Assembly: GCA_034670305.1 (NCBI GenBank)
Contig: JAXMNT010000058.1
Coordinates: 1 to 48,450 of the forward strand
DNA: 48,450 nt
From: Deltaproteobacteria bacterium
Lineage (GTDB): Bacteria; Myxococcota_A; Polyangia; Polyangiales; Houyiibacteriaceae
Reading direction: 5' to 3'
Shown here: piece by piece, positions 8,469 to 17,934 of the stretch
Layout of the letters: each line of letters starts with the position of its first letter
Position numbering within the stretch: position 1 is the stretch's first letter
Translations under genes and position numbers: made by a program
Notes under the pieces: generated by a model
Databases searched by the model: none
What the model was told of the DNA's origin: nothing
What the model saw: only the letters and a program-made list of their open reading frames with translations

Positions 8469-10132
8469 TCGGACACCTCCACCGCCGCGCGGAACCGGGA
8501 CGAGAGCGCGATCTCGCGCATCAACGCGAGCACGTCGCCTTCGGTCGCTTCGTAGGCATCTTCTAGATCAGACATCGTGTCGGCGTCGTCGTCGGAGGGC
8601 GCGCTGCCCTGCGCCGAGTGGAACATCTGGCCCACGAAGGAACGCCGCATCAGCGCGTGGCGGCTCAGCCCCTCCACCGCCTCGACCGTCGTGTCGAAGG
8701 ACACCGAGGCGTAGGGAGGCGCGTCGAACGTCGCGACGGTCTCTTCCGGCCCGACCCGATCCGCCGGGAAGCGGCGACCGACGCTGTCGAAGACATCGAA
8801 CGCGAAGCCAGCGTTGAGCATGCGGTGGCAGTTCAAGCAGGGCTGGGTGGTTTCGAGAGGTTCGAACTGTTCGCGGAAAGACAGGTCTTCCACACCGTCC
8901 GGAAGCGTCATCGCAGCGGCCCCGAACTCGGCTGGAAAGCCGAGCGTCATGACCTCGGCGATCAAGAAGTTGCCCCGCTGCATCGGCGATCGGCCGGACT
9001 CTTTGGCGTGTGCGGCGAGCACGAGGCCGGTGGTGAGCAGCCCGGCGCGCTCGGTGCCTTCGAGCGACGCTTCTTGGAACTCGGCGCCGGTGATGCCGGA
9101 GATGCCGTAGTGCGCGGCGAGGTTGCCGTCGATCTCGGTGGTGCGCGTGGTGAGCAGTTCGCGGAGCGTGCCGCCGTCCTGAAACACCACCCGCCGAATC
9201 ATGCGGGACGCTTCTTCGACCATCGACCGGTCGAGCCCTTCGGGCAGCTCGTCCGCTGCGAGTTTGAGCGAGAGGTCGAGGTGCTCGAGCCCGAGCCAGT
9301 CGAAGAAGAACGCGACGAGCGCTTCCTCCGCGCGGGGGTCTGCGAGCAGCCGGTCGACCTGACCAGCGAGTACGACCTCGTCCGCGAGGGTGCCGTCGTC
9401 CGCCAGGGCGCGAAGTTCCGCGTCTGGCCCACGGCCGATCAAGAAGTAGGAGATCTTGTCGGCGAGCTCGTGCGGGGTGAGCTCTCCGGACGCGTCTCCG
9501 ACTTCGGTGCGGTAGATGATCTTGGGCGAGATGAGCGACGCCTGCACCACGGCGCGGCGCGCGAACTCAGCCGAGAGCGTATCGGTGGCTCGAACGTAGA
9601 GGTCCCGGTACCGGGCCAGATCCGTCTCGTCGAGCCGCTGGGCGAACGCGGGTTCCAGGTAGCCGCGCAGTTCCGCGTCGGTGCAAGTGGCCGCACACGG
9701 GAGGCGCGCGTCGATGTCGACGCGTCCCGCGACATCGGTGGCGAGCTCGAGGTAGGCGAGCATCTGGCCTGGCTCGTTCACGGTCGAACGGCCCGCATCG
9801 TTCTGGAGGTTGATGATCTCTCGGTCGTCGAGAATGGCGTCGACGTCGGGATCGACACCGGTCGCGTCGAAGACGGTCCGGCGGAGCTCGGCGCGGGTCA
9901 GGCGACGGACGCCGGGCTGAGTGGACGCCGCGTTCGGTTCGAGCAGGAACGTGGGGAAGAGATCTTCGGGATCCGGTTCCGGATCGGGGTCTGGGCGCGG
10001 ATCGGGATCGACCATGGGATCCTCGATCGACCCCGTGCACCCGAGCGCACCGAAGGCCACCGCGAGCGCGAGGAGGAGGTGCCACGATGGTCGTGGCATC
10101 CGAGCGGGAGTGTCTCGATGCGACTGCGCCAT
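8465..10132 (-). CDS. DUF1592-family lipoprotein with CxxCH, paralog 2 (start 10132 or 10099)
   Basis: Lipobox GALGC; RRLTRAE, SPKIIYRTE, ELADKISYFL...PDAEL, RAGLL, SPMQRG, CLNCH, GFAFDVFD. Confidence 0.85.
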   Translation of the reverse strand: MAQSHRDTPARMPRPSWHLLLALAVAFGALGCTGSIEDPMVDPDPRPDPDPEPDPEDLFPTFLLEPNAASTQPGVRRLTRAELRRTVFDATGVDPDVDAILDDREIINLQNDAGRSTVNEPGQMLAYLELATDVAGRVDIDARLPCAATCTDAELRGYLEPAFAQRLDETDLARYRDLYVRATDTLSAEFARRAVVQASLISPKIIYRTEVGDASGELTPHELADKISYFLIGRGPDAELRALADDGTLADEVVLAGQVDRLLADPRAEEALVAFFFDWLGLEHLDLSLKLAADELPEGLDRSMVEEASRMIRRVVFQDGGTLRELLTTRTTEIDGNLAAHYGISGITGAEFQEASLEGTERAGLLTTGLVLAAHAKESGRSPMQRGNFLIAEVMTLGFPAEFGAAAMTLPDGVEDLSFREQFEPLETTQPCLNCHRMLNAGFAFDVFDSVGRRFPADRVGPEETVATFDAPPYASVSFDTTVEAVEGLSRHALMRRSFVGQMFHSAQGSAPSDDDADTMSDLEDAYEATEGDVLALMREIALSSRFRAAVEVSE

Positions 10133-10262
10133 CTGCACAGAATGCCCGATCGGCTCCTCGCTGCCCAGGGGGGGTCGGGGCAGCCCTGACGCGGGACCTG
10201 GGAGACGGTCGCCGAAAAGGAGGTCCTTCGTCTGCGCGTGGTACCGTGCGGCGGTGACGGAC

Positions 10263-10565
10263 ATGCGAACGGTGACGCTCGAGATCGGTGGGTCTCGCTA
10301 TCGGATGACGACGGACTCGGACGAAGCGCACATGCGTTCGTTGGCCGAGATCGTGAACGAGCGCATCGCCCAGCTCGGGCCAGCCGCCAAGCGGGCGAGC
10401 AAAGCCCAGCTCATGGCGGTGGTCGCGCTCTCGCTCGCGGAAGAACTGCAGGCGCGGGGCGGAGAACAGGAAGGTCTGCGCGAGCGCACGAGCACCATGC
10501 TGGCCGAAGCGATCGGCATCATCGACGGCCGGCTCGCCGCCGTTGCCCGAGACGACTCCGCCTGA
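10263..10565 (+). CDS. zapA: Cell division protein ZapA
   Basis: ~100 aa: VTLEIGGSRYRM...DEAHMRSLAEIVNERI...AVVALSLAEEL plus coiled coil; sits directly upstream of a ygfA homolog. Confidence 0.85.
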   Translation: MRTVTLEIGGSRYRMTTDSDEAHMRSLAEIVNERIAQLGPAAKRASKAQLMAVVALSLAEELQARGGEQEGLRERTSTMLAEAIGIIDGRLAAVARDDSA

Positions 10566-10578
10566 CATCGCCCCGACC

Positions 10579-11199
10579 ATGAACGACGACTCGATGGATC
10601 CGCGCGAACGTGTGCTGCGCGGCCGGGTGAAAGACGACTTCCGCAAACGCATGAAAGCACTGCGCGGGTCGCTGCCCAAAGAAGCGCGCGCCGCACGCAG
10701 CGCGAAGATCACCGAACGGCTCTTGGCGCTCCCGGAGCTCGCCTCGGTTCGCTCCTTTGCGGCGTTCAGTCCCATCCGCGGCGAGGTGGACCCAAGGGCC
10801 ATCGTGGGTGGACTCCGGGAACGCCAAGTGGAGATCATTCTGCCGCGCGTGTTGCCCGAAGAGGGCATGCTGTCTCTGCATCGCTTCGCGCCCGGGGACC
10901 CGCTCACCGAGAGTGGGTGGGGCATTCTCGAGCCCCCGGAGCACTGCCCTCGCGTGACCGAGGTGGAGGCGATCCTGGTGCCGGCGCTGGCGGTCGATTT
11001 GACGGGTCATCGAATCGGCTACGGCAAGGGGTTCTACGATCGACTCCTGCCCACCTTGGGCAACGCGCTTCGAATCACCGTAGTCTACGATTTCCAGCTG
11101 ATCGCAGAGGTTCCGGCGCTCGAACACGACGAACGGGTGGACCTCGTGGTCACGGACGCCCAGGTGGTGCGCACGGGACGCCTCATCGAGAAGAACTGA
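10579..11199 (+). CDS. ygfA: 5-formyltetrahydrofolate cyclo-ligase
   Basis: GEVD, LPRV, WGILEP, ILVPALAVD, RIGYGKGFYDR, HDERVDLVVT. Confidence 0.93.
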   Translation: MNDDSMDPRERVLRGRVKDDFRKRMKALRGSLPKEARAARSAKITERLLALPELASVRSFAAFSPIRGEVDPRAIVGGLRERQVEIILPRVLPEEGMLSLHRFAPGDPLTESGWGILEPPEHCPRVTEVEAILVPALAVDLTGHRIGYGKGFYDRLLPTLGNALRITVVYDFQLIAEVPALEHDERVDLVVTDAQVVRTGRLIEKN

Positions 11200-11291
11200 C
11201 GACGCCAAACACCACAGCCCCGACCACAACGTGTTAGGGTTTTCCCCCCAGCCGTCGAGCGTTTGGGGCAAATCGAGACTGTTTGGTGACG

Positions 11292-14200
11292 ATGATCAAG
11301 GTCGAATGTCCTTCCTGTGCTGCCCCGTACCAGTTGGACCCAAAGCGGCTCCCGGGCAGTGGACTCAAGATGCGTTGCCCCAAGTGCGGAGAACGCTTTC
11401 ACGTCCATCCGGACGGGCGCATCGGCGACGCCGATCAGGCGAGTGCCCCGCCGCCCAAACGCACACCCAAACGCACTGAGATGGGTGTGGGCATCGCCCC
11501 GCCGGTCGCCCTCCCCTCCCCGCCACCACCCGCGCGCCGTTCTCCCAAAGCGACGATGATCGGAGTTGGGATCGGCAAGCCGCACGCCCACGAAGAGATC
11601 ACCGATCTCCCCGCCGCGAAGAAGCCGATCGCGCCGGCGTTCAGTCCTCCGCGCCCGCCGCCGCCCCGGCCGGCGCCACCACCGCCGGTCGCGCCGCCAG
11701 CTCCTGAAGCCAAGAAGCGGCCGCTCGCTCCAGCGTTCCCAGATGCGGACACCGATCTGCCAGCGCTTCAGAAGCCCAAACCTCCCTCGCCCCCTTCTTC
11801 GGCGTCGAGCGATCTCGACATCGACCTTCCGGCCCCCAAGAAGCCGTCGCCTCCGCCGCCGCGGCGCCCGATGGACAGCCTCGACCAGTTCCCGGCCGTG
11901 TCCAGCAGCGCGTCCAGCAGCTCGTCCGACAGCGCCCTCGACGATCTGGATCTTCCGGCACCGAAACATCCGCGCCCGACCCCCAGCGGCGGCGTCGATC
12001 TGCCCGCACCCAAACGTTCGGCGAAGGGCTCGACCCCATTCGACGACATGATCAGCGACCTGCCCGCGCCTCAAGGCCCTCGGGGCGGCGACGCGTTCGA
12101 TGGGTTGGATCTGCCAGCCCCCAAGGCTGCGGCCGCGGCCGTCGGAGGCATGGACTCGCTCGATCTCGACTTGCCCATGCCGAAGCACGACTCGGGCGGT
12201 TTCGGCGATTTGGACCTTCCGATGCCCAAGGCGGATTCGGGCGGACTCGATCTGGATCTGCCGATGCCCAAGGGTCACGCCGACCTGCCGGCCCCGCAGG
12301 GCGAGATCGATCTGCCCGGTGTGCAGCATGGGGACCTCCCCATGCCCAAGGCGGGCGGCGGCATCGACCTCGATCTCCCCATGCCCAAGGCGGGAGGCAT
12401 CGACCTCGACCTCCCGATGCCGCGAGCGGATTCGGACCTGCCGCGTCCACGGGGCGACGACGATCTCCCGATGCCGAAGTCGGGCACCTCGGACTTCGAT
12501 CTGCCTGCGCCGCAGGGAGAGCTTCCGGCGCTTCAGGACTCCGGTGGAGGCGCGGAGGGATACGGCGACCTCGATCTTGGGCTGCCCGAACCGCGCCCGG
12601 CGCCGGGGGGCGACGCCATGCCTGGCCTCGACGACGATCTCTCTTTGCCCGACCCGCGAAGCGCGCCGCCACCGGGTGCAGGCTCGGCGGCATTCGGCGA
12701 GATCGATCTCGGCGGCGGCGATGCGAGGGACTCCCTCGAGTTCTCCGACCTGCCCGAGAAGGACGACGTCGACCTGGACGCGCTCGGCGGCATGGACATT
12801 CCGAGCGGCGAAGCGCCTCGGCCGTCGAAGACGCGTCGCAAGAGCCCGGTCAAGGTGCCCACCGCGCCGAAGAAGCGCGGCAAGGGACTCGTGGTCCTCG
12901 CCTTCGTGCTGATGCTCATCGCGGGGGGTGGCTTCGCGTTGAAGTTCACGCCGTACGGCATCTACGGCGTTCACTTCTTCGAGCAGTACATGTCCGGCGC
13001 GGGCGACGACGCCACGGTGCAAGCACAGATTCAAGGGGCCGAAGAGCAGGCCTCGAGCGACACCTACTCGGATGTGCGCGCCTCGCTCGTGACGCTGGGG
13101 CACGCACGCCAGACGAGCTACTTGCATCGAGGGCTTCTGGCCCGAAGCGCGATGCACCACGCGCTCTTCCTCGTGCGGTTCGGGGACAACGCCCGCTCGC
13201 CTGGCATCGTGCGGCGGATCCTGGACCGGCTCGAGACGCGCGGGAACGACGCGCCGGGCATCCACCTCGCGCTGGCCGCGAACCACCTACAGGCAGGCAA
13301 CCTCGGCGCCGTGCCCGGAGAGATCTCCGCGGCCCGTTCGGAAGCACCCTCGGATCCCTACGTCGATCTCATCGCTGGCGAGCACGCGCTCGCGTCGGGC
13401 AACCACGCCGATGCGGTCGAAGCCTTCCAGGCCGCCGCCGATGCGGGCGCCGGAGCCCGCGGACTGTGGGGCGTGGCGCGTGCCCATCGCGCGGGCAGCG
13501 CGGACGCCTTCGGGGCGGCCATCGACGCCACGCTCGAGGCGAGCCCGTTGCACGCGGCTGCGCTCGCAGCGTCGGCGCGACGTGCACTGACCGCAGGAGA
13601 TGTGGAAGAAGCCACCCGCTTGGCGCTCTTGGCCGCCGGGTCGAGCGTCAGCGAGGACGGCACCCGGGTTCGCGGGGCGCCGAGCGACACCGCCGACGCC
13701 TGGAGCTTGCTCGCGCGCATGTACGAGTCGGCGGGACGCCGCGGCGCTGCCCGCACCGCGTTCGAGCGCGCGGCCGAGGCCGATCCGTTCCGAGTCGAAG
13801 CGTTGCTGGGGCTCGGTCGAATCTTGGTCGACGAACGGCGGTACCGCGACGCACTGACGCGTTTCGCGGCCGCGGAAGAAGCGCTTGGTTCGAGCGAGGA
13901 CGAGGCGCTCGAAGGCGAAGAGCCGTGGGCAGTGCAAGCCGCGCTCGGACAGGTTCAATGCCTGCTCGAACAAGAGCAGGTCCAGCAGGCCCACGGAAAG
14001 GTCGCAGCGGTCGCGGCCGCCAACCCAGAGTCCGCACGCGCGGCCCTCTGGCTCGGCGAGACCCTGGAGGCGATGGGCGAGAAGGAAGACGCGCTCGCTC
14101 AGTTCGAACGGGTGATCGAGATCGACCCGGCCAGCTTTGCGGGGTACCTGGCGATCGCGCAGCTCCACTTCGCAGCCGACGAAGCCGCGGACGCCTCCCG

Positions 14201-15329
14201 GGTGCTCCGTCGAGCCCGGGAACACGTCGAGTTGACCGCAGAAGTCCACCGACTGCTTGGCGAGTCGGAGCTTCGACGGGGCGAACTCGGCGCGGCCGAA
14301 CGCGAACTGCGCGCGGCATTGCGTCTCGAGTCCCGGGACACGGACGCACTCTTCGGACTCGGCGTGACGCTGCGCAAGGTCGGCCGCACGCAGGAAGCGG
14401 AGCGGGCCTTCGACCAGCTCGGTGCCATCGATCCGGAGTACCCCGGCCTGTCGCTCGAGCGGGGTCGGATCTTCGAAGCCCTCGGGCGCCCGGAGCGTGC
14501 GGTCCGAGCCTACGAAGAGGCGCTCGCGGAACAACCCGCGGACGTGGAACTCAAACTCCGCCTCGGCGCCGCACGGGTCGCGGCCGGCGAATACGAAACC
14601 GCGAACACCGTGCTCCAGGAAGTGCTGCGCGAGCGGGCCGACTCCGCGGAGGCGGAACACTACCTCGGGCGCTCGGCGTACCTCGCCGGCCAGAACCCAG
14701 CCGCCCTCGCCCACCTCAGTCGTGCCTGCGCGATCGATCCAAGCGTACCCGAGTTCCACCTCTGGCACGGACAGGCGCTCCTGGCCGCCAACCAGATCGG
14801 ACGCGCCCGTGAGTCTGTTCAGCGGGCCCTGGAACTCGACGACACCGTTGCGCTCGGACACCTCGTCTCGGGGCGGGTGCACCTGCGCACCGGCGCGTAT
14901 CTGGACGCGCGACGCGACTTCGAGCAGCACCTCCAGACCTCCCCGAACGACGCCGAAGGCTGGGGCGGGCTTGGCGAAGCGCTCGACCAGTTGAGCCAGC
15001 GATCGGGCGCGATCGCCGCGTTCGACCGGGCGGTGGCGATCGTGCCGGACCGTGGAGACTGGTGGTACCGGCTCGGCCGATTGCAGCTCGACAACGGACA
15101 TCGGGCCGACGCGCTCGCCGCCCTGGTGCGCGCGACCGAACTCGGAGATCCCGTCGACCCCCCGCCGAGTTGGTTGGCAGACGCCCACCGGATCCGCGGC
15201 AACGCGTTGCGTCTCGGGGGCGACCGAGCGAACGCGCTCATCCACTACCGCCGCTACATGCAGCTTGCCCCGAGCACCGCGATCGACCGCGGTGAGGTCT
15301 CCGACTGGATCAGCCGTCTCGGCGGGTAG
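11292..15329 (+). CDS. Zinc-ribbon / Pro-rich DLP-repeat linker / TM / TPR membrane protein
   Basis: MIKVECPSC...MRCPKC (MJ0042-type finger), long low-complexity region, TM GLVVLAFVLMLIAGGGFAL, then many TPR-like helices. Confidence 0.88.
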   Translation: MIKVECPSCAAPYQLDPKRLPGSGLKMRCPKCGERFHVHPDGRIGDADQASAPPPKRTPKRTEMGVGIAPPVALPSPPPPARRSPKATMIGVGIGKPHAHEEITDLPAAKKPIAPAFSPPRPPPPRPAPPPPVAPPAPEAKKRPLAPAFPDADTDLPALQKPKPPSPPSSASSDLDIDLPAPKKPSPPPPRRPMDSLDQFPAVSSSASSSSSDSALDDLDLPAPKHPRPTPSGGVDLPAPKRSAKGSTPFDDMISDLPAPQGPRGGDAFDGLDLPAPKAAAAAVGGMDSLDLDLPMPKHDSGGFGDLDLPMPKADSGGLDLDLPMPKGHADLPAPQGEIDLPGVQHGDLPMPKAGGGIDLDLPMPKAGGIDLDLPMPRADSDLPRPRGDDDLPMPKSGTSDFDLPAPQGELPALQDSGGGAEGYGDLDLGLPEPRPAPGGDAMPGLDDDLSLPDPRSAPPPGAGSAAFGEIDLGGGDARDSLEFSDLPEKDDVDLDALGGMDIPSGEAPRPSKTRRKSPVKVPTAPKKRGKGLVVLAFVLMLIAGGGFALKFTPYGIYGVHFFEQYMSGAGDDATVQAQIQGAEEQASSDTYSDVRASLVTLGHARQTSYLHRGLLARSAMHHALFLVRFGDNARSPGIVRRILDRLETRGNDAPGIHLALAANHLQAGNLGAVPGEISAARSEAPSDPYVDLIAGEHALASGNHADAVEAFQAAADAGAGARGLWGVARAHRAGSADAFGAAIDATLEASPLHAAALAASARRALTAGDVEEATRLALLAAGSSVSEDGTRVRGAPSDTADAWSLLARMYESAGRRGAARTAFERAAEADPFRVEALLGLGRILVDERRYRDALTRFAAAEEALGSSEDEALEGEEPWAVQAALGQVQCLLEQEQVQQAHGKVAAVAAANPESARAALWLGETLEAMGEKEDALAQFERVIEIDPASFAGYLAIAQLHFAADEAADASRVLRRAREHVELTAEVHRLLGESELRRGELGAAERELRAALRLESRDTDALFGLGVTLRKVGRTQEAERAFDQLGAIDPEYPGLSLERGRIFEALGRPERAVRAYEEALAEQPADVELKLRLGAARVAAGEYETANTVLQEVLRERADSAEAEHYLGRSAYLAGQNPAALAHLSRACAIDPSVPEFHLWHGQALLAANQIGRARESVQRALELDDTVALGHLVSGRVHLRTGAYLDARRDFEQHLQTSPNDAEGWGGLGEALDQLSQRSGAIAAFDRAVAIVPDRGDWWYRLGRLQLDNGHRADALAALVRATELGDPVDPPPSWLADAHRIRGNALRLGGDRANALIHYRRYMQLAPSTAIDRGEVSDWISRLGG

Positions 15330-15407
15330 GCCGCGAGGTGCGATCGACGGTCGGCCAGGGCGGTCGGCACCAGGGCGGTCCGCACGCACGGTCGACGGTC
15401 GAAAGCG

Positions 15408-15494
15408 TCAGGACGCGACCGTCAACGTGCAGGTCTGTACGAACACCCAAGTGGCGAGTCCGAGCGGCAGCAGTGCGAGGAGGGCGACGAACAT
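15408..15494 (-). CDS. Candidate 28-aa hydrophobic small membrane protein
   Basis: MFVALLALLPLGLATWVFVQTCTLTVAS*. GGAAAGGA lies 5 nt before the ATG, with a sigma54-like promoter upstream. Confidence 0.5.
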   Translation of the reverse strand: MFVALLALLPLGLATWVFVQTCTLTVAS

Positions 15495-15536
15495 GAGGTT
15501 CCTTTCCGTGGAGTCTCTGGGAGTCACCCCCTGCAT

Positions 15537-15553
15537 CGCAGGACCTGTGCCAA
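15537..15553 (-). promoter_or_regulatory. Candidate sigma54 promoter for the small peptide
   Basis: Minus strand TTGGCAC-AGGTC-CTGCG, exact GG-N10-GC spacing. Confidence 0.55.
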
Positions 15554-15747
15554 GTGCGAACCTCTTGAAAAACCCGCCGATTCTCCATGCATGAACCGCC
15601 CACCGTGTGGACGCAGACCCATCGCGGGTCCGGTCTGACACGTTCTTCGGTCGGCTGGCCGAGCCCGCGAGACCATTCGGCGTTGTGTGCGGGGATCTCA
15701 GCGTCTATGCAGCTAGAGACGAACGAACCTCCTGTTCTTGGAAGACC

Positions 15748-16590
15748 ATGACCGACGCGCACGACCAGCCCCAGAAGCCCCGACTCGAACTCGCCGCCCA
15801 GGATGTGCGCGCCCAACTGCCGGACGCTGCGCCCACGGTCGGCCTGGTGCTCGGCTCCGGCCTGGGGGCCTTCGCCGACACGCTCGAGGACCGGACCGCC
15901 ATCCCATACACGGAGATTCGCGGCATGCCGATGTCCAAGGTCGCTGGACACGCGGGCAACCTGGTGCTGGGAACCGCGGAAGGCGTGCACGTCGCCGCCA
16001 TGCAGGGGCGCGTCCACCTGTACGAGGGGCACTCTCCGAACGACGTGGTGTTCGGTCTGCGACTGATGATTCACCTCGGCGTCAAGACCGTGATCATCAC
16101 CAACGCGAGCGGCGGCATCGGCGACCACCTCGAGGTCGGCGATCTGATGCTGATCGAAGATCAGCTGAACCTGACCGGCATGAGCCCGCTCTTCGGCGTG
16201 AACGAAGACGAACTCGGCCCGCGCTTCGTCGACATGACCACCGCGTTCGACCGCGAGCTCCGAGAACTCGCCAGCGAAGGCGCGAGCGCGCTCGGATTCG
16301 AACTCAAGCGCGGCGTCTACACGGGCGTGCTCGGACCGAGCTACGAGACGCCCGCCGAGATCCAGATGTTCAAGACGATGGGTGGTCACGCCGTGGGCAT
16401 GAGCACCGTGCTCGAGGTCATCGCGGCGCGGCACATGGGCGCGCGGTTGCTCGGCATCAGCTGCATCACCAACAAAGCGGCGGGCCTCGGCCACGAAGTG
16501 CTCGACCACGCCGACGTGCAGGACGTGGCGCGCCAATCGCGCGAACGGTTCATCTCGCTCCTTGGCGCCGTCCTGCGACGACTGCTCTGA
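15748..16590 (+). CDS. punA: Purine nucleoside phosphorylase (PNP/MTAP family, PunA/XapA type)
   Basis: GLVLGSGLG, VAGHAG, QGRVHLYEG, TNASGG, GPSYETPAEI, AVGMSTV, CITNKAAG. Confidence 0.92.
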   Translation: MTDAHDQPQKPRLELAAQDVRAQLPDAAPTVGLVLGSGLGAFADTLEDRTAIPYTEIRGMPMSKVAGHAGNLVLGTAEGVHVAAMQGRVHLYEGHSPNDVVFGLRLMIHLGVKTVIITNASGGIGDHLEVGDLMLIEDQLNLTGMSPLFGVNEDELGPRFVDMTTAFDRELRELASEGASALGFELKRGVYTGVLGPSYETPAEIQMFKTMGGHAVGMSTVLEVIAARHMGARLLGISCITNKAAGLGHEVLDHADVQDVARQSRERFISLLGAVLRRLL

Positions 16591-16597
16591 CCGGCCG

Positions 16598-17932
16598 ATG
16601 ATCGACGACATCCGAGTGCATGGCGGCACCGTCGTGACGATGGACGCGAAGCGGCGCGTATTCGACGGCGAGCTGCGGGTTCAAGGCACGCGCCTGCAAC
16701 ACGTCGGAGCGCGGTCGCGAAGGCAGTCGGCCCGGACGCTCGACGCCAAGAACTGCCTGGTCGTTCCGGGTCTCGTGATGACCCACCTCCACCTCTGCCA
16801 GACGCTCTTCCGCGGCATGGCCGACGACCTGCCGCTCCTGCCCTGGCTGCGCCAACGCATCTGGCCGCTCGAGGGCGCACACGACCCGAAGTCGCTGCGG
16901 GCCAGCGCGCATCTGGGTCTGGCGGAGATGCTGAAGTCGGGCGTGACCTGCGTGCTCGACATGGGCACGGTCCACCACCACGACACCGTCTTCGAGGCGA
17001 TGCGGACCAGCGGCATCCGCGGGTTCTCCGGCAAGGCGATGATGGATGTCGGCAAGGGCGTGCCCCGCTCGCTCCGAGAGACCACGCGTGCGTCCCTGAA
17101 GGAGAGCCATTCGCTCCGGGACCGCTGGCACGGCGAAGCCAACGGCCGCCTCGGCTACGCCTATGCCCCGCGCTTCATCCTGTCCTGTACCGAGAAGCTC
17201 TTCCGCGAAGTGGCCGCGGCCGCCGCCGACGTCCCTGGCGTGCTCGTGCACTCCCACGTCGCCGAACATGCCGAAGAACGCGCCGCGGTGAAGGCCCAGC
17301 TCGGGCGGGACGATGTCGCCGCCCTGTCCGCGTGGGGTGTGCGCGGCGAACACACCGTGCTCGCCCACGGCGTGCAGCTCCGTGCCGCCGAGATGCGCCG
17401 CATGGCGCGCGACGGGACCCGCATCGCGCACTGTCCGAGCGCCAACCTCAAACTCGCGAGCGGCATCGCGGACGTGGTCGCCATGCGCGACGCAGGCATG
17501 GTCGTTGGCATCGGTCCGGACGGCGCGCCCTGCAACAACCGGATGGATCCCTGGACCGAGCTCCGGTCCGCCGCGTTGCTCGCGAAAGCCAAACGTCTCG
17601 ACGCGGCTGCGCTGCCAGCCGAACGCGCATTCGAACTCGCCACGATCGAGGGCGCGCGCGTGCTCGGACTGCAAGCAGAGATCGGCTCGCTCGAGGTGGG
17701 CAAGAGCGCCGACTTCGTGGTGGTCGAACGCAACGGACTGCATCAACTCCCCGGCGGCGATCCCTACAGCCGGCTCGTCTACGCGACGCGGGCCACCGAC
17801 GTGCGCCACGTGGTGATCGACGGCCAGGTGGTGGTGAAGGACGGAGAGCTGCTGACGCTCGACGAAGAACGCGTGCGACGCGCCGCTGTGCGCGAGGCCA
17901 AACGACTGCTCTCGCGAACGAAGCTCCGGTAG
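16598..17932 (+). CDS. Amidohydrolase; 5'-deoxyadenosine/MTA-SAH deaminase-like
   Basis: PGLVMTHLHLCQTLFRG (HxH), HSHVAE, AHGV, HCPSANLKLASG, GPDGAPCNN, GSLEVGKSAD; in an operon with PNP. Confidence 0.88.
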   Translation: MIDDIRVHGGTVVTMDAKRRVFDGELRVQGTRLQHVGARSRRQSARTLDAKNCLVVPGLVMTHLHLCQTLFRGMADDLPLLPWLRQRIWPLEGAHDPKSLRASAHLGLAEMLKSGVTCVLDMGTVHHHDTVFEAMRTSGIRGFSGKAMMDVGKGVPRSLRETTRASLKESHSLRDRWHGEANGRLGYAYAPRFILSCTEKLFREVAAAAADVPGVLVHSHVAEHAEERAAVKAQLGRDDVAALSAWGVRGEHTVLAHGVQLRAAEMRRMARDGTRIAHCPSANLKLASGIADVVAMRDAGMVVGIGPDGAPCNNRMDPWTELRSAALLAKAKRLDAAALPAERAFELATIEGARVLGLQAEIGSLEVGKSADFVVVERNGLHQLPGGDPYSRLVYATRATDVRHVVIDGQVVVKDGELLTLDEERVRRAAVREAKRLLSRTKLR

Positions 17933-17934
17933 AC

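Noticed and set aside
10133-10262. 6S RNA upstream of zapA
   Set aside because: Only ~130 bp, must hold divergent promoters, and shows two small hairpins rather than a long rod with a central bubble.
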